A DNA stretch of 52,231 nucleotides from a virus (taxonomy: Duplodnaviria; Caudoviricetes): IMG/VR virus record IMGVR_UViG_3300033182_000152, positions 1-52,231 of that record; one strand, written 5' to 3'. The notes below the pieces were generated by a model. The model had not been told where the DNA came from, made no database searches, and was given only the letters and a program-made list of their open reading frames with translations. Both the position numbers and the translations under genes were made by a program. Shown one piece after another: positions 39,001 through 48,500 of the stretch. Each line of letters opens with the position of its first letter. The stretch's first letter is position 1.

Positions 39001-42000
39001 TCTGTGTAAACGAACGTATGTTCCTGGTAAGTTGCCGGTGTTAGTTAACACACCACCAACAATAGTCGGATCAATAGTAAACTCTGCTGTAAACAAGTCT
39101 GTTCTTGAAGTAAAGCCTGTTACAAGAATATTTGTTTGCGCAACTGCCGAACTATCTGAGTCAATTACAGATGTAGCATCAAAGAAGATTCTTGTCAACT
39201 GTCCGCTGTTTTCTGCCTTTTCTACAGATACTGTTAGTGTTCTAGTTGCTTGATCATATGTGTAAACATACGCTTTGTTTCTATAGATACCAGTTGTTGC
39301 TTCAATAAGGTCACCTGGATTAAATGTATAACTACCAGGAGCAAGTGTTAGAACTTGATACTTATTGTGTGTTTGTTTGTTGCCGTCTGCGTCAAGAATT
39401 AATTCGTCAATAAAGAATTCTTCTGTCTGTGTTTCAAGAATGTGATCGCCCGTTGATGCTTCTAACAAGTCAGCAACAAATTCTCTTGAATCGTCTTGGA
39501 ACAGTCTAATAATATCATTAGTTAGTACTTCAACGTAGTACAAACCTTGGTCAGCAAGACCGTTAATTTCAACGTTGCCGTTTCTACGATATGTTACAGC
39601 GTCACCAGTTACAAGTCCGTGACCTACAATAGTAATTGTATTAGCCTCTAGATCCAGTGTACCCGAACTGTCATCAACACTAGCAGCATTAAACGTTAAG
39701 ATATTTGGAATAGTCTTAAAGTTGTTAGTAATATCGTTTGCCAAGTTGTTTTCTTCGTCATCGTCATAGAAGCGTAAGATAAACTGGTTAACTGGAGTAC
39801 GTTTAGTACCAACTGTAATAAGTTTTTGCTGTGACGCTTGGTTGCCTACTTCAGCAATAACACCACGGTCAAATACAAACGAGTTAGCAGAATAACCTGA
39901 CGAACGTAATGCGTACAAACCAAAGTTAGTAGCAGAGTTAGTAACAGAAAGGTAAGCGCCTGACTGACACCAACAACCATTGCCTAGGAAAATTTGGAAA
40001 CATGATACAATCTGTGCGTAAGCATCGTTAGTTAGACGCCAACCAGTACCACCAAATGATAGCATGGTGTATGCGTTAGCAACCATTGACTTACCTTGTT
40101 CAGGTGTTTCACCAAATACTGGATTCTCAGCCTCAATAGCAAAACGTGGAATGTTTGGTGTAATAACTTTTGAACCGTCTACTAAACATCCACTTAGTCC
40201 TAAGAACGAAATAATTGATACGTTCTGTACGTATGGCGATTGTGTAATAATTGGTTTTTCACGTAAGCCTACATAGCCTGTACGATCAACACCTGTGTCA
40301 AATGGATCGTCAAATGCTGTACAGAATCTACCAGTGAAACTTGGTACGTTAAACGCATCAAGACCATCTTTAAATGTAATACCTAACAAGTAACAACCAT
40401 TACGTACACGGAAAATATCTTGGTTAGCATTTAACGGACGAACAATAGTTGTACGCAAGTTATCACCAACAATAGACACATAGTCTGGAATAATAACTGG
40501 GTTGTCTTCTTTATATTCACCAGTAGCAACCATAATAGTTGTATAGTTAATATTAAACGCACCTTCAACTTCAGTTGGAATGTTTGGCGATTGTGGACCG
40601 TTTTCAATAATATCAATGATAATATCAAATTCTGCTTCAACTATGCCTAATGTGCCGGGTTCAACTATTTTAGTTACATCTGTAACTTGTCCTGCCGTGT
40701 TTTGATATAAACGCTTGTTTTCAATATTTTGTAAAACATTATTAACTAGTTTTTGGAAGTATCTGTTAGCAAGAACAGTTTGGAATTCTTCACCTGGAAT
40801 AACAATCGTATTACCAATGTAGTAAGACTTACCTGCTTCAATAGCACGTTCATTACCGCCGTATACTAAGTCGTATTGAATAGCGTTAATAAACAATCCA
40901 ACGTCTCTACGACAAAAATCTACATCGTAAGTAAAGTTTGTAAAGTTTGTGTTAATGTAAGAAATAACTTCTGCTTGGATAAACGATCTGTTTAGAGCAA
41001 GCAAATCAGCAGCATTAATTACATTTTGATTTGAACTTGGAACAATACCTGAAGCACTAACAGTTACAGCAGTGCTAACACCATCGATAATAATATCTTC
41101 AAGTATTGTACCTAATTGGTCGATTTTATCAATAGCAGCCTGACTTCCTGGATTTAATGGATCAGTTACCTGTGAACTATTAATTTGGAATGATGTTACA
41201 TCATAGTTTTCTACTACTTGTTTAGCAAGTCTAACGCCGTGCATTATGCCGTCAATAGTTTGTACCAGTTGACGCTGTAGTGCTACAGAACTACTTTGTT
41301 TAAAGTAAGAAATTGCTGCTGCTGTAGTATTAGATGTTCCGCCCCAAGTTAAATCAAACGCAAATGCGTCTAATATGTAACCAATATCACGTTGACAAAG
41401 TGCTTGGTTATAACCGTTAGTACCAAATGTAATCCAACTAGCATCTACATAAGCAACAGTTTCGTCTTGGATAAACGTTTTGTTAGAAGTAATAAGTGCG
41501 CCAGCATTAAGAATGTCTTGGTCTGTAGTTAAAGCACCGTTTGCTGTAATATTTGTAAAGTCACTTACGCCATCATCAACAACATCAACAATAACATCCA
41601 TTAACGCACCAAGTGTTTGAGCACTTGTAGTATCGCCCGGATTTACACCGTCAAATACTTGTGTTTCAGCTGAATAAGTTGTACTAATTGTTACGTTACG
41701 AACAACATCTTGTACTAGGCTCTTTAAGTGATTTAGAGCAGCAATAGTTTCTGTTTTTTGTCCGCTTACAACAATAGCAGCCGCTTGTTTATAGTATGCC
41801 GCACCTGCTACAATAGTATTAGTATTACCGCCGTGTGTTAAGTCGTATTGTAAAGCATCAAGAATTAATCCTGTATCTCTACGACAAGAAGTTTGATCAT
41901 ATGTTAAAGCTGGATACTGATTGTTAATATATCCGATAACCTCTTCAGTAATAAACAATCTGTTACTTTCTATAAGTGTTTCAGAGTTTAATGCGCCAGT

Positions 42001-45000
42001 GTTAGTAGTTTTATCTACATTGTTTGATGTACCTACACCGTTTTTAACTGTAACATAAATCTTATTAGCAAGATCATAAACTGTTTGCGCCGCAGCATTG
42101 TTACTTGGGTTAGCACCGTCAAATGTTTGTGTTGTAGTATTTTGATACAATCCTGTTAAGTTAGTTTGTAATACAACGTTTGCTAATAAATCTCTTGCGT
42201 ACTCAATAGCGTCAATAGTAGGTTGTAATTGTTTGTTTACTACATTTTGGGCATCACCAGTAATTTGTGATTGGCCTGATACTACGTTGTTATAATATGT
42301 TAAACCAGCAAAAATACTTTCTGCGTCACCGCCGTGCTCTAAGTCATATTTTACAGCATCAACAATTAAGCCCACGTCACGTGAACAAGTTGCCGAGTCG
42401 TAATTAAAGTTACCGTAATTTTCTTCAATAAAGGCAACAGTTTCTGCTCGGATAAACTCTCTGTTTGCTGCTAAAATTGCGTTAGCCTGTTGTACATTAC
42501 TGTCAACACTTGGTACAGAGTTATTAGGGTCAATATCTAATCCAATAGTAGTACTGTCACCGTCTGTAATAATATCAGTTGAAAGTGTTTGTAGTCCTGT
42601 AATAATAGTTTGTGTAGCAGCATCGCCCGGGTTACCCACGTCAGTAAATTGGTTGTACAATGCTTGGTAACTTGTAGCAGGTGTTTGGTTAACAATTACT
42701 AGTTTTGCTAGATCATAAGCATAGTTAATACCATCTAATGTTTCTGTTAGTTGGCTATTTAATGCGGTACTAGCACTATATGTATAATAAGACAACGCAG
42801 CCTGAATAGTTTCATTGTTGCCGCCATGAGTAAAGTCATAACGTAATGCGTCTAATAATAGTCCAACATCTCTACGACACTTGTTTTGATCGTATACAAA
42901 CAAATTAGCATCTACATAATCAATAGTATCGTTAATTAATCCAGTTTTATTATTTTGTATCTGAGAAAACGCATCTTGTAATTCTTGTGTTGCCCAACTA
43001 ATTGAAGGAGTAGTTGTGCTAGGTAATCCAGCGATACTTCCTGCTGTAATAACATCTTCAATAATTTGTACTAAGCCGTCAAGTGTAGTTCCTTCTGTTG
43101 ATGTAGCGTTACCGCTAGAAAAATCTTGACCTACTACTGCTTGTTCTGCTGTTACTGCGATACCTTGTACAACATTTGAAATATGTCCTGCTAGGAAGTT
43201 GTAAGAGTCTGCTGTAATAGTTGCTTCGCCCGAACCTAGTTGACTTGTAGTTCCTACAAAGTACGCTTCTGCTGCCTGTATAGTAGCACTATTACCACCA
43301 TATAGAATGTCATATGTTAACGCATCAACAATATAGCCAGTATCTCTTTCGCAAGCAGTTACATTATATGTATGTGCTGGATAAGTGTTTGAAATGTAAG
43401 CAGTTACTTCAGCAATTAAGAATGCTCTGTTTGCTTGTAGTTGATCTTTAGCATCGACTAAATCTTGGCTTGCGCCAGTTGGTGTTGGGAATGTTAACGC
43501 ATCAGCATTACCTGCGCCGTTATTTAATATATCACGTATTTCAGCAATACCAGTATTTACTCTGTTAGTTGCTGTAGTACTTCCTGAAACATCAGAAAGA
43601 GCAACAATGTCAGTGCCTAACTCACCAATAGCATTATCAGTTAATGTAAGTTGATTACTTTGTAAGTAAGCAGTATTAGCACGAGTATATGCTAAACCTG
43701 CTGTAACACTGTTATAGTTTGTGCCTAACGCAGTATCGTAAGATACAGCATCAATAATTAAACCAGAGTCTCTACGACATTTAGTTTCATCGTAAGTTGA
43801 CTGATACTGTGATGACAAATATCCAATTACTTCTTCTTTAATAAAGTCTGTGTTTTGTTGGATCAATGTATCTGAATTTAGTTTTCCTGTATCAGTTGTA
43901 ATTGTACCGTTAGATGTACCAATACCATTGTTTAGTAGTCCGTAGATAATACTAAATCTATCATCAATTTCTTGTACTTCAATTGACGTGCCTGGTTGTA
44001 AAGTATTGTCTTGTGTTACTGCTGTTTGGTAAGTGTATTTTACATCTTGTCCTGCTATAATTTGTTTAGCAAGGTCTCTAGCATAGTTAATGCCAGCAAG
44101 TGTTTGTTGTTTTTGATCTGATCTTACTAGTGATGCCGCAGCATTTAAGTATGTAATCCCTGCGTAATGCGATTCAGCAGTTCCACTATATAGCAAGTCA
44201 TAGTTAACAGCATCAATAATTAAACCTGTATCTCTTGAACATTTAGCAGCATCAAATTCAAAACCACTGTATTTGTTAGCAAGGAACGCAACAACTTCAT
44301 CTTTAATAAATTGTTGGTTTGCGTCAAGTAATGTTTCAGCGTTTAGTAAGCCTACATCAGATGTTTTAATTTCGTTTGGAATTACACCAACACCGTCAAT
44401 ATAGTAATCAATTACTTTTTGACCTAATACATCAACTGCTGTTACTTCTGTGGCTGTAGCAGTTTTATTTCCATCAAATTGTTGTTGTACACCTGCTTGT
44501 GTCAATTCTGTTACAACAGTATTTGTTACCACTGCTTTAGCAATTTCTTGGATACGTCTTAAACTATATTCTGTTGCTACATCTTGTGCTTGCTTTACTA
44601 GTGCTGAACTTTCTAAAGCATAAAACGCACCAGCAACAGATGAAGCAGCATCGCCGCCGTAACGTAAATCATGTTCAAACGCATCAATAATTAAACCGAC
44701 GTCACGCTCACATTTTGTTTGATCGTAACCTTGAATATTAAAAGCATTTGTACTAAATGCTACAACTTCGTCTTGTAAAAAGTCTCTGTTTTGTTCAAGC
44801 AAATCTTTAGCATCGTAAGCAGATTGACCTGGATCAGTTACTGGAGTAAAGATGCCATCAGACGCAATTTGCGAAGCACGTTTAATTGTTTTTACTGGTT
44901 GTAATTTACCATCGTTATTGTCGTCACCGTATTGACTACTGACATAAATTCTGTTGCCGGCTAAGCCGCCTGGATCACTCCATTGTGTTTGACCAAAGCC

Positions 45001-45429
45001 AACGTTTTGTAATACTTGACCTTTCTTAGCATCTGAATCTGGAAGAATAATATCGTAAGAGCCTTCCATTGTTGCGGACGCTTTTACGTTAACAGAGTTA
45101 GTTCCGAATGACTGTTGTTCTTTAAACTTTACAGATCCTTGATTATCAATTTCTAAATCATCAGCAATATAAACATTTGTACCATCTATACGAAGTTTTT
45201 CAACTCCGTCAATTTCCATAGTAACAACACCGTTACCTTCATCATTAACTACTACTCTTGTATCACCCTTTTCAATTTGTTGAGTAATATCTTTAATAGT
45301 GCCATCGGCTTGCTTAATAAACATTTTGCCATCGGCAGTGTTAATAGCAATTTCGCCTAAGTCTATTTGATTCGATAGTGGTTCCTGACCGGATACGTTA
45401 TTTCTTTTATGTAATATTTTGTTTGCCAT
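33031..45429 (-). CDS. Giant tail fibre / virion appendage protein (4132 aa) with helical repeats, beta-helix and C-terminal intramolecular chaperone-like domain
   Basis: N-terminal GEIAINTADGKMFIK anchor, nine CxRDxG repeats, beta-helix entry motif, GSGLNADLLDG fibre repeats and C-terminal ADLAEKY...VALKGRVP. Confidence 0.8.
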   Translation of the reverse strand: MANKILHKRNNVSGQEPLSNQIDLGEIAINTADGKMFIKQADGTIKDITQQIEKGDTRVVVNDEGNGVVTMEIDGVEKLRIDGTNVYIADDLEIDNQGSVKFKEQQSFGTNSVNVKASATMEGSYDIILPDSDAKKGQVLQNVGFGQTQWSDPGGLAGNRIYVSSQYGDDNNDGKLQPVKTIKRASQIASDGIFTPVTDPGQSAYDAKDLLEQNRDFLQDEVVAFSTNAFNIQGYDQTKCERDVGLIIDAFEHDLRYGGDAASSVAGAFYALESSALVKQAQDVATEYSLRRIQEIAKAVVTNTVVTELTQAGVQQQFDGNKTATATEVTAVDVLGQKVIDYYIDGVGVIPNEIKTSDVGLLNAETLLDANQQFIKDEVVAFLANKYSGFEFDAAKCSRDTGLIIDAVNYDLLYSGTAESHYAGITYLNAAASLVRSDQKQQTLAGINYARDLAKQIIAGQDVKYTYQTAVTQDNTLQPGTSIEVQEIDDRFSIIYGLLNNGIGTSNGTITTDTGKLNSDTLIQQNTDFIKEEVIGYLSSQYQSTYDETKCRRDSGLIIDAVSYDTALGTNYNSVTAGLAYTRANTAYLQSNQLTLTDNAIGELGTDIVALSDVSGSTTATNRVNTGIAEIRDILNNGAGNADALTFPTPTGASQDLVDAKDQLQANRAFLIAEVTAYISNTYPAHTYNVTACERDTGYIVDALTYDILYGGNSATIQAAEAYFVGTTSQLGSGEATITADSYNFLAGHISNVVQGIAVTAEQAVVGQDFSSGNATSTEGTTLDGLVQIIEDVITAGSIAGLPSTTTPSISWATQELQDAFSQIQNNKTGLINDTIDYVDANLFVYDQNKCRRDVGLLLDALRYDFTHGGNNETIQAALSYYTYSASTALNSQLTETLDGINYAYDLAKLVIVNQTPATSYQALYNQFTDVGNPGDAATQTIITGLQTLSTDIITDGDSTTIGLDIDPNNSVPSVDSNVQQANAILAANREFIRAETVAFIEENYGNFNYDSATCSRDVGLIVDAVKYDLEHGGDAESIFAGLTYYNNVVSGQSQITGDAQNVVNKQLQPTIDAIEYARDLLANVVLQTNLTGLYQNTTTQTFDGANPSNNAAAQTVYDLANKIYVTVKNGVGTSNNVDKTTNTGALNSETLIESNRLFITEEVIGYINNQYPALTYDQTSCRRDTGLILDALQYDLTHGGNTNTIVAGAAYYKQAAAIVVSGQKTETIAALNHLKSLVQDVVRNVTISTTYSAETQVFDGVNPGDTTSAQTLGALMDVIVDVVDDGVSDFTNITANGALTTDQDILNAGALITSNKTFIQDETVAYVDASWITFGTNGYNQALCQRDIGYILDAFAFDLTWGGTSNTTAAAISYFKQSSSVALQRQLVQTIDGIMHGVRLAKQVVENYDVTSFQINSSQVTDPLNPGSQAAIDKIDQLGTILEDIIIDGVSTAVTVSASGIVPSSNQNVINAADLLALNRSFIQAEVISYINTNFTNFTYDVDFCRRDVGLFINAIQYDLVYGGNERAIEAGKSYYIGNTIVIPGEEFQTVLANRYFQKLVNNVLQNIENKRLYQNTAGQVTDVTKIVEPGTLGIVEAEFDIIIDIIENGPQSPNIPTEVEGAFNINYTTIMVATGEYKEDNPVIIPDYVSIVGDNLRTTIVRPLNANQDIFRVRNGCYLLGITFKDGLDAFNVPSFTGRFCTAFDDPFDTGVDRTGYVGLREKPIITQSPYVQNVSIISFLGLSGCLVDGSKVITPNIPRFAIEAENPVFGETPEQGKSMVANAYTMLSFGGTGWRLTNDAYAQIVSCFQIFLGNGCWCQSGAYLSVTNSATNFGLYALRSSGYSANSFVFDRGVIAEVGNQASQQKLITVGTKRTPVNQFILRFYDDDEENNLANDITNNFKTIPNILTFNAASVDDSSGTLDLEANTITIVGHGLVTGDAVTYRRNGNVEINGLADQGLYYVEVLTNDIIRLFQDDSREFVADLLEASTGDHILETQTEEFFIDELILDADGNKQTHNKYQVLTLAPGSYTFNPGDLIEATTGIYRNKAYVYTYDQATRTLTVSVEKAENSGQLTRIFFDATSVIDSDSSAVAQTNILVTGFTSRTDLFTAEFTIDPTIVGGVLTNTGNLPGTYVRLHRPSIVNSSAHTWEYAGSGTDYNALPQNGGITREEYEQFSDLPGRVYSSGTNELGDFKVGDFIVAENRTGNITFKNTVTVGELSALKLAVSDVVIEAISTDPGLGDNEPGGATDTRLTTQLAQRSFMANRLGDFLDKNVSTNSLGGAVPQMNAQGLLNADIIPATRNFSLFNSDLKYGRLDLTDDIPAQQPLQGDIASEKYPRIFFTLSAPTTLSADDVVVEANTGATAIVDEDNGGAATVYLTNITGTFSNNISANTLVVNGGNTTTYITNTGSTETREVQYTLVSDSTSEYLKYSPSGASFTNGVTITAAGAKTQGTITSQTEGVLIAVDNGNISGGQGYVPVSGTQTYENVPMVANTGVGTGAIADITVTNGIVSNVDLTRGGTGYQTGDILTAATSNLGGSSTTAFQIAANGVENRLYIDLIEGKFTVSTTNNDYIEDSNATITSVAIGNTTLTAFNADTVPNGGNVDYANSRITINAHIFDDGDIVNYASSPNTPIGGLLQGESYFVKVLDANTIELYNRYDLDPGTKVSFTTSSTGTHALIIKHVDTRKDRIYAPSHGYTTGQAFRFVSTNPPTGMVSGNYYFVGSVTANGFTVHEVQQDAVESVNGLTQNNINFVQTGSGSADFVKQNITIYDSVNTSSKLDSNWALTGSANVDASNIVSGVISTSRLAAVGSANDKTYLKGDSSWDYAVRTARIALNSPLNITGDFYTSGGQNYYYANTQFDIDRTDDTLGNQSFTNLGVAAFSKAQFNVNAGEVELKAGVLDAGTLDGLDSQYFLEPGNLLNPVPVNRGGTALDQYIAGDMIYATSPTTLNRLPIGSQGAVMVVDQLGNPAWSNDVAPFTEDTNNTGVARPLEIRHEVTNTPAVGIGVGMQFQVETANNNRETGAVIDAVATDVTFGSEDFSLKFGTMAAGFLQERMVLDSLGNLQIDGDLNVDGGDIKTTKTSATVYDNTVTALSIGRAATSVTIGADKSGTMRVRNTTLVVGGDDTETQPANATIKAPNGLGTNKNGPDLTITGGGSTGNGDPGRVYVRTSSAGTSGSALRTQVDRVEIGGVTDHTPSVYLGRSSQNSQQIATLGVKGPITGQFNINGSVLELKPGSGTGSGAGAAVEIYGSNSIGSGSGIQNQELVASFSGDAIRLNKNVITQASSLGTNQAAFDLLNDTVTTLNIGGAATAIDIGAASGYLHVNSADQATSTTTGALRVDGGGSFSKNLYVGGQLSAADLSLTGAVNGNSYNVNGVETIDSNRRFISSGGTTGQIAKVHAISFDWDGNYGSLGGYTNHGISSRSESWIASDDLSINSYHNVNIRLDSNSNNSAATTFLRVNNDVSQTNGNICFSVRGDGKVGINKDPGGTYNLDVNGSFNATTGYINGGAIWTASNDGEGSGLNADLLDGLHASSFLRVDTGAAFSGGVFKISGPATTIQNTGEVNTLQCYQGNGANSYDAFMTFHIGGDYAVHFGLDGTTNDLAMGGWSRGAVAHRVWHAGNDGSSSGLDADLLDGQEGSFYRNASNINAGTFPDRFSNSTRYNIGFIDGYSSSNYDKLRVYGSSSYTIGMASGQTHGWLNDWAMTFTMNNESDRGWKWRDTDDGVAAGAMSLTTNGNLCVGNVVAVGGQTTRYLSQPSGNYGSIQINGSGAGNWEGFSIDGRAVFMHDGGSSTGIYNDVNNHWLFYAVHGGSTEMRYNNSNKINTRSNGVDVNGELYLNNWLRIESNSGIYWQAGSYAGWHIYPQASNRMHMRSASSGSCEVTLCNSSNTIYGRLYADNDSQGFLNEDGNWALRSYNNDGVSPGIRFYENSNESWTGNPGNDVGKIEYHSNRFYIAAGANSNRVCQFRRDGTDVSYVDNSGVYQGTAASANWADLAEKYEADTVYEHGTVLAIGGDKEVTRYEPGMKLAGVVSTLPGLMMNQTDENRDDPMWPFVALKGRVPCLINGTAKKGQYIIANQDGKGRAVDTLSTIEEYTLLIGTAISDCDGEGTVEVKV
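40620..44830 (-). repeat. Nine coding repeats with core [YF]D...CxRDxGxIxDAxxYD
   Basis: Cys codons at 44712, 44241, 43779, 43353, 42879, 42387, 41886, 41397 and 40914, giving a spacing of 142-167 codons. Confidence 0.9.
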
Positions 45430-45464
45430 TCGGTTACTTCCTAATTCAAAGTATCATGTGCATG

Positions 45465-45472
45465 TATTTATT
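45465..45472 (-). promoter_or_regulatory. Late promoter box AATAAATA upstream of the giant fibre
   Basis: TAAATA core in the intergenic gap before the AGGAAG SD-like site and ATG 45429. Confidence 0.55.
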
Positions 45473-45502
45473 TCTTTTGTCAGATTGGGGGACGGTCGGT
45501 GG

Positions 45503-48500
45503 TTAGTAAGTGCCGCCATCGATAGTAAAGTTATTAATATAACTTAAATCAATGCCTGAGCCTTCTAAATCTTGACCTAGATAGATATCACGACCTACAC
45601 CTATGCCGCCTGCTACAACAACAGCGCCAGTTATAGTGTTTGAAGATTCTTCTGTAGATTCAAACTTAGTAGTTGTACCTGCTACATTTAATTGCTTCTT
45701 AACTGCTAAACCGCCTTCTAATATAACAGCGCCAGTTGTACTATCTGTAGATTCAGTAGCATCGGCTACATTTACAGTGCCGCCAACATTTAGACTTTTT
45801 GTTATTCCAACTCCGCCGTCAGTAACAATAGAGCCTGTAGTAGTTGATGTAGAATCAGTTGTATTAGCAGCATTTAGTATGCCGTCAACATATAAGTTTT
45901 TAGCAATACCTACACCGCCATCTACAACTAGTGAACCACTAGCAGCACTAGAGCTGTCAGCAGTTGATTGAATAGTTGTTGTACCAGTTAAAGAACCAAA
46001 TAAGATTCCTGTTGCCGAATTAAACGCATTTAAGTTTTGAATATTGTTTACTAATAAATTAAAGTTTTGATTATTAGTTGTTATGTCTTGACCGTCAACA
46101 TTTAAGTCTCCAGCAATGTTTACGTTTTCACCAACACCTAAACCACCGCCAATTACAACAGCACCTGTGTTGTATGCGTTTGAGCCTTGGTTACTGTTAA
46201 AACGTGTTGTACCAGCAGCATTACCAAAACTAGTATATGTTGAAGCACCGAATGCGTTTACAGTTGTAGCAGTTGTATTGAATACGTTTTGTGTAGTTTG
46301 ATTACCATAAATGTCGCCTTCGATATACAACTCGCCTTCAACGTTCATGTTAGTCATTGAAATAACACGGCCTGTACCCGAGGCGTCTAGTTGTAACGGA
46401 GCGTTAGTTTCTTGTGTTGTAATTCGTGTACCAAAGATACCCAACTGATCCATATAGATGTTCTTAGTAAAGAACGCATCTTCGTTTACAGTTAAGAAGT
46501 CAATACTAGCATTCGGAGTATTGATTGTATTTGTTACACTGAATATACCATCAACTGTTGTGTTGTCATTAATTTGTGTTGGAACATTAATAATAACTTC
46601 AGTATCATCAAACTGTACATTGTCTGATGTACGTAATTCGTTATTAGCATCAAAGTAAGCAATTCTATCTGCTGTAGATGTTGCTACAAAAATTCTTGGC
46701 AAATAACTTACTAATGAAACTGTTAAATCACCTGTAACATTAGTAGTGTTGTTTAAGTTGATTACACCAGTACCTTGTGCTGTTACATCTAAATCTGAAT
46801 TTGAAATAGTTGTTTTTAATGCATTACCTTCAAGACTGATGTTGTTGTCAACTAAGATGCCGCCTTGCCAACCTTGGTTTGTTAGTCTAGCAAGTTCAAT
46901 TCCGCCACCATAAAAGAATAGTGTATTTTCATTTGAACCTGGACTTAGTTCTGGTAAAATATAAGTGTCACCGTCTACGTCACGAACACCGCCTAATGAA
47001 CTCCAAGCAACTCCGTTGTAACCTTCGTACTGATTAGTATCTGTATTGAAACGTACTTGACCTATTTCTCCAATTGGTCTATTAGCATTAGAGCCAGTTG
47101 GTACAACAACAGCACTATTACCTAAGAATCTAAATTGTCCGCTACCTGCTGTATCAAATTCAAAGTCACTATTAGTGTCAATAGTTGACATTCTATTTTG
47201 GAAAATTCTAAAGTTTTCAGTTGTAATATTGTTTACATATAGTTCGTTAAATGTAGATGTACTATGTCCAATATCATATGCTAGATTAACGTCTGGAATG
47301 ATGTTACTAGCAAAATTTGTTGCCGCAATACTTGTAACTTGTAATGTTGCGTTTGGCGCACTAATAGTGCCGCCAGGAAGATTAATATCTCCGTCTACAT
47401 TTATTGTTTTACTAAAGAAGAATTCACCAGTACCACCTGGAGTAATTTCAAAGCGGTAGTCTACATTTGGATCTGTTACCTTCATAACATCATTTTCAAA
47501 TGTAAAGTTGTTGTTTGTAAATCTAGTAGTGTTTACAGTTAAATCTGTTTGATTCCATTCACCTACTAATACTCCGCCTGCGTAAATATCAAATCTATTA
47601 TCGTTAGATCCTGGAGTTACTTCCGGAGTAATATAAGTATCGCCGTCAATGTCTTTTACGCCGCCTAGTGAACTCCACGCAGTTCCTTGATATCCTTCAA
47701 ATTGTTGTATCTGTGTATTAAAGCGGATACCACCAGTTACTGGATTAGCACCACGCTCTGGTGTGTTACCTGTTGGAACAACAGCAAAAGTTGTTCCTCC
47801 TAAAAATACTCTACCTGCTCCGCTAGGTTCAATTTCAATATCTTGGTTAGTGTTGTTTACATATATTTTATTGTTTTCAATTTGTAAATCATCGACTAAT
47901 AATTTACTAGCATATACGTTACCCCAAACAGCATCAGGAGCACCTAAGTCCCAAATACCAGTAAATGTTGGATCTGGTTGAATGTTACCCTCAACTGCTG
48001 CTTTAATTTGTAATGTATGCGGAATTGGATCGCCTTCGTTTACTGGATCGCTACCAATAACAGTGTTACCAATTAACTGTACTGATAAACCTTCTGCTCT
48101 AATATCACCAGGTTGTAGTACATAAGTTGAATTGCCGCCAGCATCTAATAAAATTCCGCTCTCTTGTGAAGTAAGACTAAAGTCTTCTAGTACATCAAAT
48201 TCAAAAAATGCGCTTGCTTCTAAACTTGTTCCAATCAGTGTTGACTTTCCGTTTACATTTTCTGTAGTAACTTCTGTTGATGTAATAGTACTCTTGTTAC
48301 CTACACCATCATCAAATACTAATCCACCTGCTAAAGCACCAAAGTTTAATCCTTCACCGTCAATTTGTACTACGCCAGTTTCTTGTGATACGTAGAATAA
48401 ATCACCTACACGGAAATCACCTAAGTGGTCAACGGATGTATATCTTACTTTAGCACCTGTAAGTTCTACAACTTCGTTACCTTGTATAGCATCTGAAGCA

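Noticed and set aside
46900-47783. Duplicated segment in the 1511-aa protein as a DGR template/variable pair
   Set aside because: Both copies are in-frame coding modules with general divergence rather than adenine-specific changes, and no reverse transcriptase is in the window.
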